From assembly GCA_964407685.1 (NCBI GenBank), contig CAYOWI010000003.1, positions 1,681 through 65,680 of the forward strand: a stretch of DNA of 64,000 bases. Reading direction: 5' to 3'. The stretch's first letter is position 1. Each line of letters opens with the position of its first letter. Position numbers and translations under genes: made by a program. Of this stretch, positions 1-8,947 are shown one piece after another. The stretch comes from an uncultured Muribaculaceae bacterium. GTDB taxonomy: Bacteria; Bacillota_I; Bacilli_A; RF39; UBA660. The notes beneath the pieces were generated by a model, which was given only the letters and a program-made list of their open reading frames with translations, did not search any database and was not told the DNA's origin.

Positions 1-231
1 TAAACATGTATTTTTATCTATTCTTCGAATTAATATATAACCTACTATTTCTTTATCTAAATAATAGGCAAGTAATACAATATTTTCATCATTTAGCATT
101 TTATTAAAATAATCTGTAATTACAATATTTGAATCTATTGTATCGTTATATTTTCTTTCATCTAATATTAATTCTGTTAATAATTTGTCACAAGCGTTTG
201 CATCTTCAATACTTTTTACTTCTTTAATCAT
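1..231 (-). CDS. GNAT-family N-acetyltransferase, N-terminal part (gene runs off the left window edge)
   Basis: Not in the ORF track because it is truncated. Minus-strand ATG at 231..229, then 77 in-frame codons to position 1: MIKEVKSIEDANACDKLLTELILDERKYNDT...ENIVLLAYYLDKEIVGYILIRRIDKNTCL. This pattern is typical of GNAT N-terminal strands. Confidence 0.4.
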   Translation of the reverse strand, partial: MIKEVKSIEDANACDKLLTELILDERKYNDTIDSNIVITDYFNKMLNDENIVLLAYYLDKEIVGYILIRRIDKNTCL

Positions 232-334
232 AAATATCACCTATATCAATTATACCACACAAAAAGGTATTTCTTATCAAAACACCTTTCATTTGTACTT
301 ATTTTCTCTTAATATATTGGTCTATCATAAATTA

Positions 335-487
335 TCACACTTGTTCAACTTGATGACAAATGTTTCTTTCTACACATCTTTCAATTACTGGTTCAACTAT
401 TGGTCCGCATCCACATTGGTTCATGTTACCAAAACCTTCTTGTTGCCAATTGTTTTGACAACAACACTTGTTATTATTAAAAAACAT
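335..487 (-). CDS. Small Cys-rich protein (50 aa), possibly a CotD-like spore-coat protein
   Basis: Hand-translated; below the ORF-track size cutoff. MFFNNNKCCCQNNWQQEGFGNMNQCGCGPIVEPVIERCVERNICHQVEQV*. SD AGGGGGA lies 7 nt upstream of ATG 487. The GPIVEPV..C....H pattern resembles the CotD family. The overlapping track ORF 185..514(+) looks spurious. Confidence 0.35.
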   Translation of the reverse strand: MFFNNNKCCCQNNWQQEGFGNMNQCGCGPIVEPVIERCVERNICHQVEQV

Positions 488-686
488 TTAAAATCCCCCT
501 TACCTACTTTATAGTATGAGAGTTTTAAATGTTGGAATAGGTCTTTGCCAATATAGAAATAAATATTTTCTTTTTTATAAAAATAATTATTATTTCGTAG
601 GGTAATTAACTTCTTTGTCTGTATAAAATTTATTAGTCATTAAATTTTCATTAGCTCTGTCTTTCAAAATAATAACTGTTTTTCCA

Positions 687-911
687 TTATCTTTTTTTCT
701 CCTTTAAAAAAAGACCCCTCATGTTAGCTACAATACAAATGGCAGATTTAATATCATCAACATCAAACAAACCTTGATTTAATAAATCTTGTGCTGCTTC
801 TAATATTATTTTAGATTCATCACCAAATCGTTTACTATTATTTATAATTTCTATTTCTATTTCTGCATTTTTACTTTCAGGCATTGTTTTTTTTCTTCCA
901 AATAAACTCAT
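687..911 (-). CDS. Hypothetical protein (74 aa)
   Basis: ORF with an SD-like GGAGAGGA upstream; no recognisable motif. Confidence 0.35.
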   Translation of the reverse strand: MSLFGRKKTMPESKNAEIEIEIINNSKRFGDESKIILEAAQDLLNQGLFDVDDIKSAICIVANMRGLFLKEKKR

Positions 912-990
912 TTTAAATTCCTCTCCTTATTTAAAATCGGCGTAATAAGATACTTTTTAATTTATATTATTTATTTTTATATTCATTCAT

Positions 991-2298
991 TTAAAAAGGC
1001 ATTTTAAAATTTCCATTTTTCATCATTTTCATCATTTTTTGCATTTGTTCAAACTGAGTAAGTAGTTTATTCACTTCTTGTACTGTTGTTCCACTACCAT
1101 TTGCTATTCTTTGCTTTCTTGATGCTTTTATTATTTCAGGATGACGTCTTTCTCTTATCGTCATAGAAGATATTATAGCTTCTAAACTACTAAACTGTTT
1201 AGGGTCAATATTAATGTTATTAAGTCCCAGTTTTCTAGCACCCGGAAGAAGTTTAATTAAGTTTTCGAGTGGTCCTAATTTCTTTATTTGCTTTAACTGA
1301 GATAAAAAATCTTCTAAATCCATTTTACCTGACTGGATTTTTCGAGCGGTAGACATTGCTTCTTTTTCATCAATAACAGACTCTGCCTTTTCTATTATAG
1401 ACATAATATCCCCGTTGCCTAATATTCTAGATACCATTCTTTGAGGATCAAAATAATCTATACCGTCTAATTTTTCAGATACACCAATAAATTTAATTGG
1501 AACGCCCGTTAAATGTTTTGTACAAAGTGCAACACCACCTTTAGTATCACCATCCATCTTTGTTAGTATTGTACCAGTAAGCGGCAAAGCTTCATTAAAA
1601 CCAGTTATAACGTTTATTGCATCTTGTCCAATCATTGCGTCAATAACCAATATTATTTCATTTGGATTAACTACTTCGTTTATGCGTCTTAATTCTTCCA
1701 TTAATACATCATCAACATGAAGTCTTCCAGCCGTATCTACTAAAACTAAGTCATACCCGTGTTCCTTAGCATAATTAACACCGTTTTCTACTATTTTAAC
1801 AGCGTTACCTTGACCTTCTTCATATACTTCTATATTAAGCTCACGCCCAATTGTTTTAAGCTGCTCTATGGCTGCCGGACGGTATACGTCTGCTGCTATA
1901 AACATTGGTTTTTTACTATTTTTCTTTCTAATTAAATTTCCTAATTTACCAATGGTAGTTGTTTTACCACTACCTTGAAGACCAACTAACATAATAATAG
2001 AAGGATTACTAGATAAATTAAGTTCTGCTTTATCATTACCCAATAAATCTAATAGTTCATCTTTTAATATTTTTAAGAAAACATCTCCAGGTTTTAATGA
2101 CTTTTTAACTTCTTCTCCTAAAGCTTTTTCTTTAACTTTATTAGTAAATTCTTTTACTACCTTATAGTTAACATCAGCTTCTAAAAGCGCGAGTCTAACT
2201 TCCCTCATCGCATCAGAAATATTTTCTTCAGTTATTACTCCGTAGCCTTTTATCTTATTTACCGCGTTTTCCAATTTTTCTGTTAAACTTTCAAACAT
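991..2298 (-). CDS. ffh: Signal recognition particle protein Ffh (SRP54)
   Basis: 435 aa. NG domain with GLQGSGKTTT and DTAGRL; Met-rich M domain (QMQKMMKMMK). Confidence 0.96.
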   Translation of the reverse strand: MFESLTEKLENAVNKIKGYGVITEENISDAMREVRLALLEADVNYKVVKEFTNKVKEKALGEEVKKSLKPGDVFLKILKDELLDLLGNDKAELNLSSNPSIIMLVGLQGSGKTTTIGKLGNLIRKKNSKKPMFIAADVYRPAAIEQLKTIGRELNIEVYEEGQGNAVKIVENGVNYAKEHGYDLVLVDTAGRLHVDDVLMEELRRINEVVNPNEIILVIDAMIGQDAINVITGFNEALPLTGTILTKMDGDTKGGVALCTKHLTGVPIKFIGVSEKLDGIDYFDPQRMVSRILGNGDIMSIIEKAESVIDEKEAMSTARKIQSGKMDLEDFLSQLKQIKKLGPLENLIKLLPGARKLGLNNINIDPKQFSSLEAIISSMTIRERRHPEIIKASRKQRIANGSGTTVQEVNKLLTQFEQMQKMMKMMKNGNFKMPF

Positions 2299-2308
2299 TT
2301 ATATCACC

Positions 2309-2605
2309 TTATTTAAATATTTTTTCTATTTCTTTTTTTATTTTTTCATCTTTTATGGTTTTTACTAGACTTTTTAATTTCATATCTTTTTCGTATAACT
2401 TTAGTTTATCTTCATAAAGCATAAGCTTACTTTCAGTACTTTTAATATGCTTATGAACCGCATTACGACTAATACCACTATTTTCTGCGATTTCTCCTAG
2501 TGATAAATTATCAAAATAGTAATCTTCAAAATATTTTTTATTATCTTCGTTTAATAGTTCTCCATAATAGTCATATAAAATAATTAAATAATTTCTTTCT
2601 TTCAT
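2309..2605 (-). CDS. ylxM: YlxM/UPF0122 putative HTH protein of the SRP operon
   Basis: 98 aa with HTH LSLGEIAENSGISRNAVHKHIK. Sits in the canonical position between ftsY and ffh. Confidence 0.85.
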   Translation of the reverse strand: MKERNYLIILYDYYGELLNEDNKKYFEDYYFDNLSLGEIAENSGISRNAVHKHIKSTESKLMLYEDKLKLYEKDMKLKSLVKTIKDEKIKKEIEKIFK

Positions 2606-2606
2606 A

Positions 2607-3590
2607 TTACATCATATCCTTAAATAAACCATATATATATTTTTCTATATCAAAGGTTTGTAAGTCTTCTTCTTTTTCACCTAAACCGATATATCTTACT
2701 GGAACTCCTACTTCATCTTTTATAGCAAGCACTATACCACCTTTTGCCGTACCATCTAACTTTGTTAAAACAATACCAGTCAAGTTGGTTATTTCTTTAA
2801 AAGCCTTAGCTTGAGTTATACCGTTTTGTCCAGTTGTTGCGTCTATTACCAAGAACGTTTCATGTGGTGCACCAGGAATAATTTTATCACCTACGTTATT
2901 TATTTTTTCAAGTTCTTTCATTAAGTTAACTTTATTTTGAAGACGGCCAGCAGTATCTATTAATACCATATCATAATTATCTTTTAACGCCTTTTCTAAA
3001 CCTTGATACACAACGCTTGCAGGATCAGTGGTAGTGTTGTCACTTACCACCTCACAACCTATTTTACCCCCCCAAGAAATAAGTTGTTCAACAGCCCCAG
3101 CTCTAAAAGTATCCGCTGCAACAAGAAGCACTTTTTTTCCTTCTTTTTTAAATCTAGATGCAAGCTTTGCAATCGTTGTTGTTTTTCCAACTCCGTTTAC
3201 TCCCACAAACAAAAGAACGGTTGGGCCTTTTTCATTATAATTTATTTTGTTTGATAAAATTTCATCATTTACGTATATTATAAATAGTTCATCAACAATT
3301 ATTTCTGTTAACATATTAGGATCTGTTATTTTTTCTTTTGATACTCTAAGTTGAAGTTTGTCCATAAAATCCATTACGGTGTTAACGCCAATATCAGCAT
3401 TAATTAATAACTCTTCTAATTCTTCAAAATAATTATCATTTATCTCATCGTATTCCTTAGAAAGATTAGCAAGTTTATTAACGAAGCCCTTTCTTGTTTT
3501 TGAAAGACCTTTTTCATACGTTGACACACTCTTATCTTCTTTTTTAAAAGCATCTTTTATTTTACTAAATAGTCCCATAACCTTTATCAT
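2607..3590 (-). CDS. ftsY: Signal recognition particle receptor FtsY
   Basis: NG domain motifs GVNGVGKTTT, DTAGRLQNK, TKLDGTAKGG. The true start is probably MGLFSK at 3578. Confidence 0.95.
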   Translation of the reverse strand: MIKVMGLFSKIKDAFKKEDKSVSTYEKGLSKTRKGFVNKLANLSKEYDEINDNYFEELEELLINADIGVNTVMDFMDKLQLRVSKEKITDPNMLTEIIVDELFIIYVNDEILSNKINYNEKGPTVLLFVGVNGVGKTTTIAKLASRFKKEGKKVLLVAADTFRAGAVEQLISWGGKIGCEVVSDNTTTDPASVVYQGLEKALKDNYDMVLIDTAGRLQNKVNLMKELEKINNVGDKIIPGAPHETFLVIDATTGQNGITQAKAFKEITNLTGIVLTKLDGTAKGGIVLAIKDEVGVPVRYIGLGEKEEDLQTFDIEKYIYGLFKDMM

Positions 3591-4548
3591 CTTCCCTTCT
3601 ATCTAATATTTCTATTCCATTTACAATATCAACTAAATATCTTTCAAACCCGCCTTTATTCGCGAAGAAATAATCTTCAATTTGTTTAATTAGCTCACCT
3701 AAATCTAAGAACTCTGCCTTACTATTAAAGTCTCTAACGTTATTATTAAATATTTTTTGTATTATATCTAGCATATCATCATCTTCTAGTTTAGGAAACT
3801 TTTTAAACGTAAAAAACAAACTCATAATATATAAAAGTATATCAGGGTCAGTATTTTTAAACTGATTATCTACGCATAATTCTGTTATTATGCTATCTGG
3901 TAATTTTTGATTATTATTTAAAAGTTCAAAAGACACATTTTCATTATCTACTTTCTCGTCAGTATAAAAGGTATCATTATTATTTATAGTACTATCAAAT
4001 AAACCGTAATATATAACATATAAAAGATTATTTTCAAAACCTTTTGTTTTTTCTAGTAGTAAAGTAAATTTTTCTAAAGCATCTTTATTTTGTAATCTAG
4101 AAATTTTATTGATAATTAAACTTGCCCTCAACATTATTCCTAGTTGCATTTTTACCGAAAAATATGTATCAAGACGTTTTCCTAAAAAAGATATTCTCTC
4201 GTAATATGGTAGTAACATCTTACTTGGACATAACTTCATGAAGTTATTTAATATATATAATGAAGTTAATTCATTTATATTGTAATTGCCACTTGCTTTA
4301 ATTACATCTTCTTTTAATTCGTCCCTAAGCATTTTAACAAGGTAATTTGAAGATTTTGCTAAATTAGAAATACTATCTTGTATTTCCATTATACTATTTA
4401 GATTCCTAATTTTACTTCCTGTATTCATTGCTTCTTCACTATAATCTAATATGGCTTTTGCTAAATAATCAGTCTTAGCAAGTTTTTCTAAAGCTTCTTT
4501 TATTAGTCTATAATTTAAAAACGGTTTCATAATATACACCTCTGTCAA
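3565..4548 (-). CDS. Hypothetical protein (327 aa, helical)
   Basis: Long ORF co-oriented with and overlapping the ftsY start; no motif recognised. Confidence 0.5.
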   Translation of the reverse strand: MTEVYIMKPFLNYRLIKEALEKLAKTDYLAKAILDYSEEAMNTGSKIRNLNSIMEIQDSISNLAKSSNYLVKMLRDELKEDVIKASGNYNINELTSLYILNNFMKLCPSKMLLPYYERISFLGKRLDTYFSVKMQLGIMLRASLIINKISRLQNKDALEKFTLLLEKTKGFENNLLYVIYYGLFDSTINNNDTFYTDEKVDNENVSFELLNNNQKLPDSIITELCVDNQFKNTDPDILLYIMSLFFTFKKFPKLEDDDMLDIIQKIFNNNVRDFNSKAEFLDLGELIKQIEDYFFANKGGFERYLVDIVNGIEILDRREDDKGYGTI

Positions 4549-4652
4549 TTATTATAACAAACAATAGACAAAAGTTCAAAAAAATAGTATAATTTTATTC
4601 GTTAATTCTTTTTTTAATTATTAACCAAAAAGAAAGGAGTTTATAAATATAA

Positions 4653-6332
4653 ATGAAAATTTTTGATACTAATCGTGCTGAAACACTAGTAGTTGCGCTA
4701 GGTGGTTTAGGAGAAGTCGGAAAAAATATGTACGCAATAATGCACGATGATGAAATTATTATAATCGATGCCGGAGTAATGTTTCCAAAAGACGAATTAA
4801 TGGGAATAGACTACGTAATACCAGATTTTTCTTTTCTTAAGAAAAATGAAGAAAAGATAAAGGCTTTATTTATTACCCATGGCCATGAGGATCATATAGG
4901 AGCGATTGCGTTTTTACTACAAACGGTAAATGTGCCTTGTATATACGCACCAAATCAAGCTTGTGGATTAATTAAAAGAAAACTTATGGATAGAAATATA
5001 AGTTATGACAATTTAAAGGTATATGATGAAAATACAAAGGTAAAATTTAAACATTTAACGGTTGAATTCTTTGCAACTACTCACTCAATACCAGATTCAC
5101 ATGGTATTATAATAAGTACCCCAAACGGAAAAATAGTTGAAACCGGAGATTTTAAATTTGACTTAACCCCAATTGGACCCATGAGTAATATTCATAAAAT
5201 GTCAGATACTGGAAAATCAGGTGTTAAACTTTTAATGAGTGAATCAACCAATGCTTTATCTCCTGGTTTTTCAATGAGCGAATCAAAAGTAGAAGAAGAA
5301 TTACAAGATATATTTGAAAAGAAAAAAGGAAGAATAATAGTTGCTACCTTCGCATCTAATATCTACAGACTTAAACACATTGTAGAAACATGTAAAAAAA
5401 ATAATAGAAAAATTGCTTTATTTGGAAGAAGTATGGAAAACAATATTGAAATATCAATTGAAGGTGGATACATAAAAGATGATAAAATCTTTGTTTCACC
5501 AGAAATTGCTAATACTCTTGCTCCAGAAGAAATATGCTTACTTTGCACAGGTTCACAAGGAGAGCCACTAGCCGCATTATCAAGAATTGCAAATGGTACT
5601 CATAAACAAATAAAATTAAGACCAACGGATACGGTTATCTTTTCTTCTAACCCTATTCCAGGTAATAATGCTAGCGTAGCTAAAACAATAAATCAGTTAT
5701 ATTTACAAGGCGTTGAAGTCTTTGTAAACAATTCAGAAAATGAAATCCATACGTCTGGGCATGCTAACAAGGAAGAATTAAAATTAATGATAAGATTATT
5801 AAAACCAGAATATTTTATGCCTATTCATGGTGAATACAGAATGCTTAAAGCTCACCAAGATTTAGCTATAGACTGTGATATTCCAAAAGAAAAAACATTT
5901 TTACTTGAAAACGGAGACGTTTTAGCACTAAATAAAAGCGGAATAAGAAAAGTCGGCAACATAGGAGCTGATGACGTATACGTTGATGGTAATCGTATTG
6001 GAGATATTGGAAACGTTGTTATAAGGGATAGAAAAATAATGGCAAATGATGGTATATTAGTAGCAATCTGCAACATAAACATGGACACCCATAAACTATT
6101 AGGTAAAATAAATATTACTACAAGAGGTTTTATCTTAGTAAACGAAAATGAAGAACTACTAAAGCAAATAGAAGAAGTTGCAACAAACACCGTAAATAAA
6201 GAATTAACAAAGAAAAATGTCAATTATAGTGAGTTAAAAGGGCAATTAATAAGTAATTTATTAACCTTTGTTTTTGACAAAACCGGTAGAAGGCCAATAA
6301 TATTACCAGTTATATTAGATGTAAAAAAATAG
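4653..6332 (+). CDS. rnj: Ribonuclease J (metallo-beta-lactamase/beta-CASP)
   Basis: 559 aa with the HxHxDH motif (THGHEDHIG), a beta-CASP region and an RNase J C-terminal domain. SD AAAGGAG upstream. Confidence 0.93.
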   Translation: MKIFDTNRAETLVVALGGLGEVGKNMYAIMHDDEIIIIDAGVMFPKDELMGIDYVIPDFSFLKKNEEKIKALFITHGHEDHIGAIAFLLQTVNVPCIYAPNQACGLIKRKLMDRNISYDNLKVYDENTKVKFKHLTVEFFATTHSIPDSHGIIISTPNGKIVETGDFKFDLTPIGPMSNIHKMSDTGKSGVKLLMSESTNALSPGFSMSESKVEEELQDIFEKKKGRIIVATFASNIYRLKHIVETCKKNNRKIALFGRSMENNIEISIEGGYIKDDKIFVSPEIANTLAPEEICLLCTGSQGEPLAALSRIANGTHKQIKLRPTDTVIFSSNPIPGNNASVAKTINQLYLQGVEVFVNNSENEIHTSGHANKEELKLMIRLLKPEYFMPIHGEYRMLKAHQDLAIDCDIPKEKTFLLENGDVLALNKSGIRKVGNIGADDVYVDGNRIGDIGNVVIRDRKIMANDGILVAICNINMDTHKLLGKINITTRGFILVNENEELLKQIEEVATNTVNKELTKKNVNYSELKGQLISNLLTFVFDKTGRRPIILPVILDVKK

Positions 6333-6358
6333 ATGTTTTTTTACATCTATTTTTTTAT
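6327..6358 (+). terminator. Rho-independent terminator of rnj
   Basis: ATAGATGT(6329-6336)/ACATCTAT(6343-6350) stem followed by T7. The stem overlaps the stop codon. Confidence 0.6.
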
Positions 6359-6413
6359 TTAAATTATTAGTTAGATTAAAAATAATAATTATATTAATTA
6401 CTTATTTATAGTA

Positions 6414-7172
6414 TTAATTAGAATTTAATTGAACAAAATTAAGCGTAAATTTTGTTTCTACTTTAAAATTAAAACTTCCGCCAGTAGGTCCACCCCAGAT
6501 CGAAGGATAATCTGCCATAAAAAGCAAATATATACTATTACCTGGTTTTAATCTAATTACCATGTCATCTTCTGTTGAAAAATCTTTAACATCTTCTTCT
6601 GGTGCCCCGTTAAAAGGACTAATCTTTGTTCCATCTGCCTTTTCGAAACCATAAGGAAAATAAAAATCAATTATATCATAAGAATTTAGTATTGACCCAA
6701 GGTAAGCTTGATTATGCTCGGGAATAGTACTATCTAATATTTCGTCCGAATCAAAAACTCCATTATTATTACCATCGTTATAAACTTTCCAAGACTTTTG
6801 TATACCAGAATCCATATCAAAAGATGCGTCAATGGTTCCGTTATTAGTTATTTTAGCAGTAAAATACCTAGCGGCCCCAGGATACTCAAACTCAGTACTA
6901 AACGACATAGTATCTCCAGAAACCGTACAATTATCATTTTTATATCCTCCTTCTTTAACATATACTTCAGGATCCATTGATATAAAATCATCTACTGTTG
7001 CCAAAGATGAATCAACACCTGTTTGACATGTTACTCCAATATCAAATTCACCTTTAGCAGTTGCTGTTCCATTAATAGTTATATTTTGGCTAAAGTACGC
7101 ATATCCAACTGATAAAACTAGTAGTAGTGCTAAACATCCTATTAATATTTTACTTTTCTTATTATTTATCAT
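6414..7172 (-). CDS. Secreted protein with a SipW-type (TasA/camelysin-like) signal peptide
   Basis: N-terminus MINNKKSKILIGCLALLLVLSVGYAYFSQN; the G-YAYF-S motif resembles the SipW-cognate signal class. Beta-rich body. SD AGGAG lies 8 nt before ATG 7172. The track start at 7202 lies inside the predicted -10. Confidence 0.5.
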   Translation of the reverse strand: MINNKKSKILIGCLALLLVLSVGYAYFSQNITINGTATAKGEFDIGVTCQTGVDSSLATVDDFISMDPEVYVKEGGYKNDNCTVSGDTMSFSTEFEYPGAARYFTAKITNNGTIDASFDMDSGIQKSWKVYNDGNNNGVFDSDEILDSTIPEHNQAYLGSILNSYDIIDFYFPYGFEKADGTKISPFNGAPEEDVKDFSTEDDMVIRLKPGNSIYLLFMADYPSIWGGPTGGSFNFKVETKFTLNFVQLNSN

Positions 7173-7206
7173 TTTTACTTCTCCTTTTTCTATTATTACC
7201 ATGTTT

Positions 7207-7234
7207 ATAATAGCATATACCCCCCCCCGGTCAA
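7207..7234 (-). promoter_or_regulatory. SigmaA-like promoter with a G9 homopolymer in the spacer
   Basis: Minus strand reads TTGACC(7234-7229)-GGGGGGGGG TATATGC (16 nt)-TATTAT(7212-7207), about 35 nt upstream of ATG 7172. Confidence 0.4.
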
Positions 7235-7414
7235 GGTTTTTTAAGGGCTGTTTATAATTTTTTTAGACACCTTAGATAGGGGGTGTATAATAAGAGAAAG
7301 GATGTATGCATTATGATACTGAACTTAAAAAGAAACTCTGTGAAGAAATTTGTTTAAATTATGCTCCTACTGTCAAAACTGATAATATTAAATGTTAAAA
7401 AATAATTGTTAAGT

Positions 7415-8137
7415 TTATAATATGTCTTTCAAATCAGGCAATCTTTTTATTATATATGTAGGAGCATATTCTTTTGGTAACACTTCATTTTCCGCATTAT
7501 ACCAAACACTATCTATACTAGCATTCGTTCCGCCTTTTACTTCAGAACATAAAGAATCTCCAATGATTAACATCTTATCCTTTTCATAAAAGTTTAAATA
7601 TTCTTCTAATTCATCAAAAAATTCTTTTTTAGGCTTTGTAATAGTTTTTCTAGTCATGTCTGCCGAAAAAATTGAATCAATAAACTTATAACAGCCAATT
7701 TTTTCTAATTTAGTTTGAGCTGCAGATGATGGACCATTAGTCGCAATAACTATTTTATATTTTTTATTTAAATATTCTAATGTCTCATAAGCTCCTTTTA
7801 TTGGAACAACAACTTCTTTTAGACTAGATAAAAATAAATCGTTAATTTCAAAAGCTTTTTCCAAAGAAATTTTATTATCAAAATATAATTGGTACCTTAA
7901 ACTTCTAACATACTTAACAAATAATTCTTGAGATATATTATATTCATTAGGTACCACTATTTTATTATTATGAAAATCTATCCAAAATTGTTTATCTAAC
8001 TCATACCATTTTTTAAAACCTTCTAAAGTATAATCCTCATTCATATAATTAACCATTTTAGTATAAGCATATCTTACGTTTTCTAAATTATCAATTAAAG
8101 TATCATCTAAATCAAATAATAAAATCTCGTATTTCAT
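7415..8137 (-). CDS. HAD-superfamily hydrolase (YjjG-like nucleotidase/phosphatase)
   Basis: Motif I FDLDDTL; later ATNGP and GDS motifs. SD AAGGAG precedes ATG 8137; the track start at 8158 is a TTG. Confidence 0.8.
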   Translation of the reverse strand: MKYEILLFDLDDTLIDNLENVRYAYTKMVNYMNEDYTLEGFKKWYELDKQFWIDFHNNKIVVPNEYNISQELFVKYVRSLRYQLYFDNKISLEKAFEINDLFLSSLKEVVVPIKGAYETLEYLNKKYKIVIATNGPSSAAQTKLEKIGCYKFIDSIFSADMTRKTITKPKKEFFDELEEYLNFYEKDKMLIIGDSLCSEVKGGTNASIDSVWYNAENEVLPKEYAPTYIIKRLPDLKDIL

Positions 8138-8166
8138 AATCGTATGCTCCTTTTTCAATGTTTAAT

Positions 8167-8877
8167 TTATTTATTTTCTTTATATAATGCTTTTCTTTGT
8201 TCATTTTGTTTTTTATAATTATCTAAGTCCACATATAGTTTTCTATACTCTTTTAAAATATCTTCTAGCAAAATGTACATAGATACAATATACCCTTCAT
8301 TATAAGCCATCATTAGTTCATAATGTAAGGAAAGTTGAGTTCGATTTTTTGACGCATCCTCCGCTATTTTATTAAATTTAGAATACGTAGGATATTCTTT
8401 TAATGCATCATTTATTGAATCTATTTTGCTATTAGAGTAACTTAAAAATTCCTTAACTATTAAATCTCTTTGTTCTAAGTAATAAAGCTTGTCTTTTTCT
8501 AATTTTAAAATTTCATCTTCGTTATCAAAATTTTTATTAAATTCAATATCTTTGTTAACTTCATCTACTCTAGCTTCAATTATCCCAATTAAAGTTATAA
8601 AAAAAAGGTAATCTGTAACTAACTCTTCTTGGTGTAAAAACGCCGGAGTACAGCTACTACCTTTAGTAATTAAGTCTATCATACTTTGCGTATTAATATC
8701 ATTTATATCTTTTAATTTTTTCTGATTAGTTAATAATTTAAGTTTGATATTTTCTAGTTTTGAATTTTCCACGTCATTTTCTTTGATTTCTGGTTTACTT
8801 TTTTTCTTAACATATAAATTCTCCTTTAATAATTTAAATTTTGCTGTTTTTATATCATAAATTTTATAAAAATACAC
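8167..8877 (-). CDS. Hypothetical protein (236 aa)
   Basis: ORF only; no motif recognised. Confidence 0.45.
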   Translation of the reverse strand: MYFYKIYDIKTAKFKLLKENLYVKKKSKPEIKENDVENSKLENIKLKLLTNQKKLKDINDINTQSMIDLITKGSSCTPAFLHQEELVTDYLFFITLIGIIEARVDEVNKDIEFNKNFDNEDEILKLEKDKLYYLEQRDLIVKEFLSYSNSKIDSINDALKEYPTYSKFNKIAEDASKNRTQLSLHYELMMAYNEGYIVSMYILLEDILKEYRKLYVDLDNYKKQNEQRKALYKENK

Positions 8878-8947
8878 ATAATTTATAACTTCTACAAAAT
8901 ATTACTATTAACAAGGATTGGAATGATACATAACAAAAAGAAGAAAA

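Noticed and set aside
185-514. 109-aa plus-strand ORF from the track
   Set aside because: No SD and a low-complexity hydrophobic translation. The opposite strand carries a better small gene with a strong SD (335..487) and the start of a GNAT gene (..231).
7290-7400. 30-aa ORF (MHYDTELKKKLCEEICLNYAPTVKTDNIKC) vaguely resembling the N-terminus of an IS3-type OrfA
   Set aside because: It is too short and the resemblance too weak. There are no inverted repeats and no transposase continuation.
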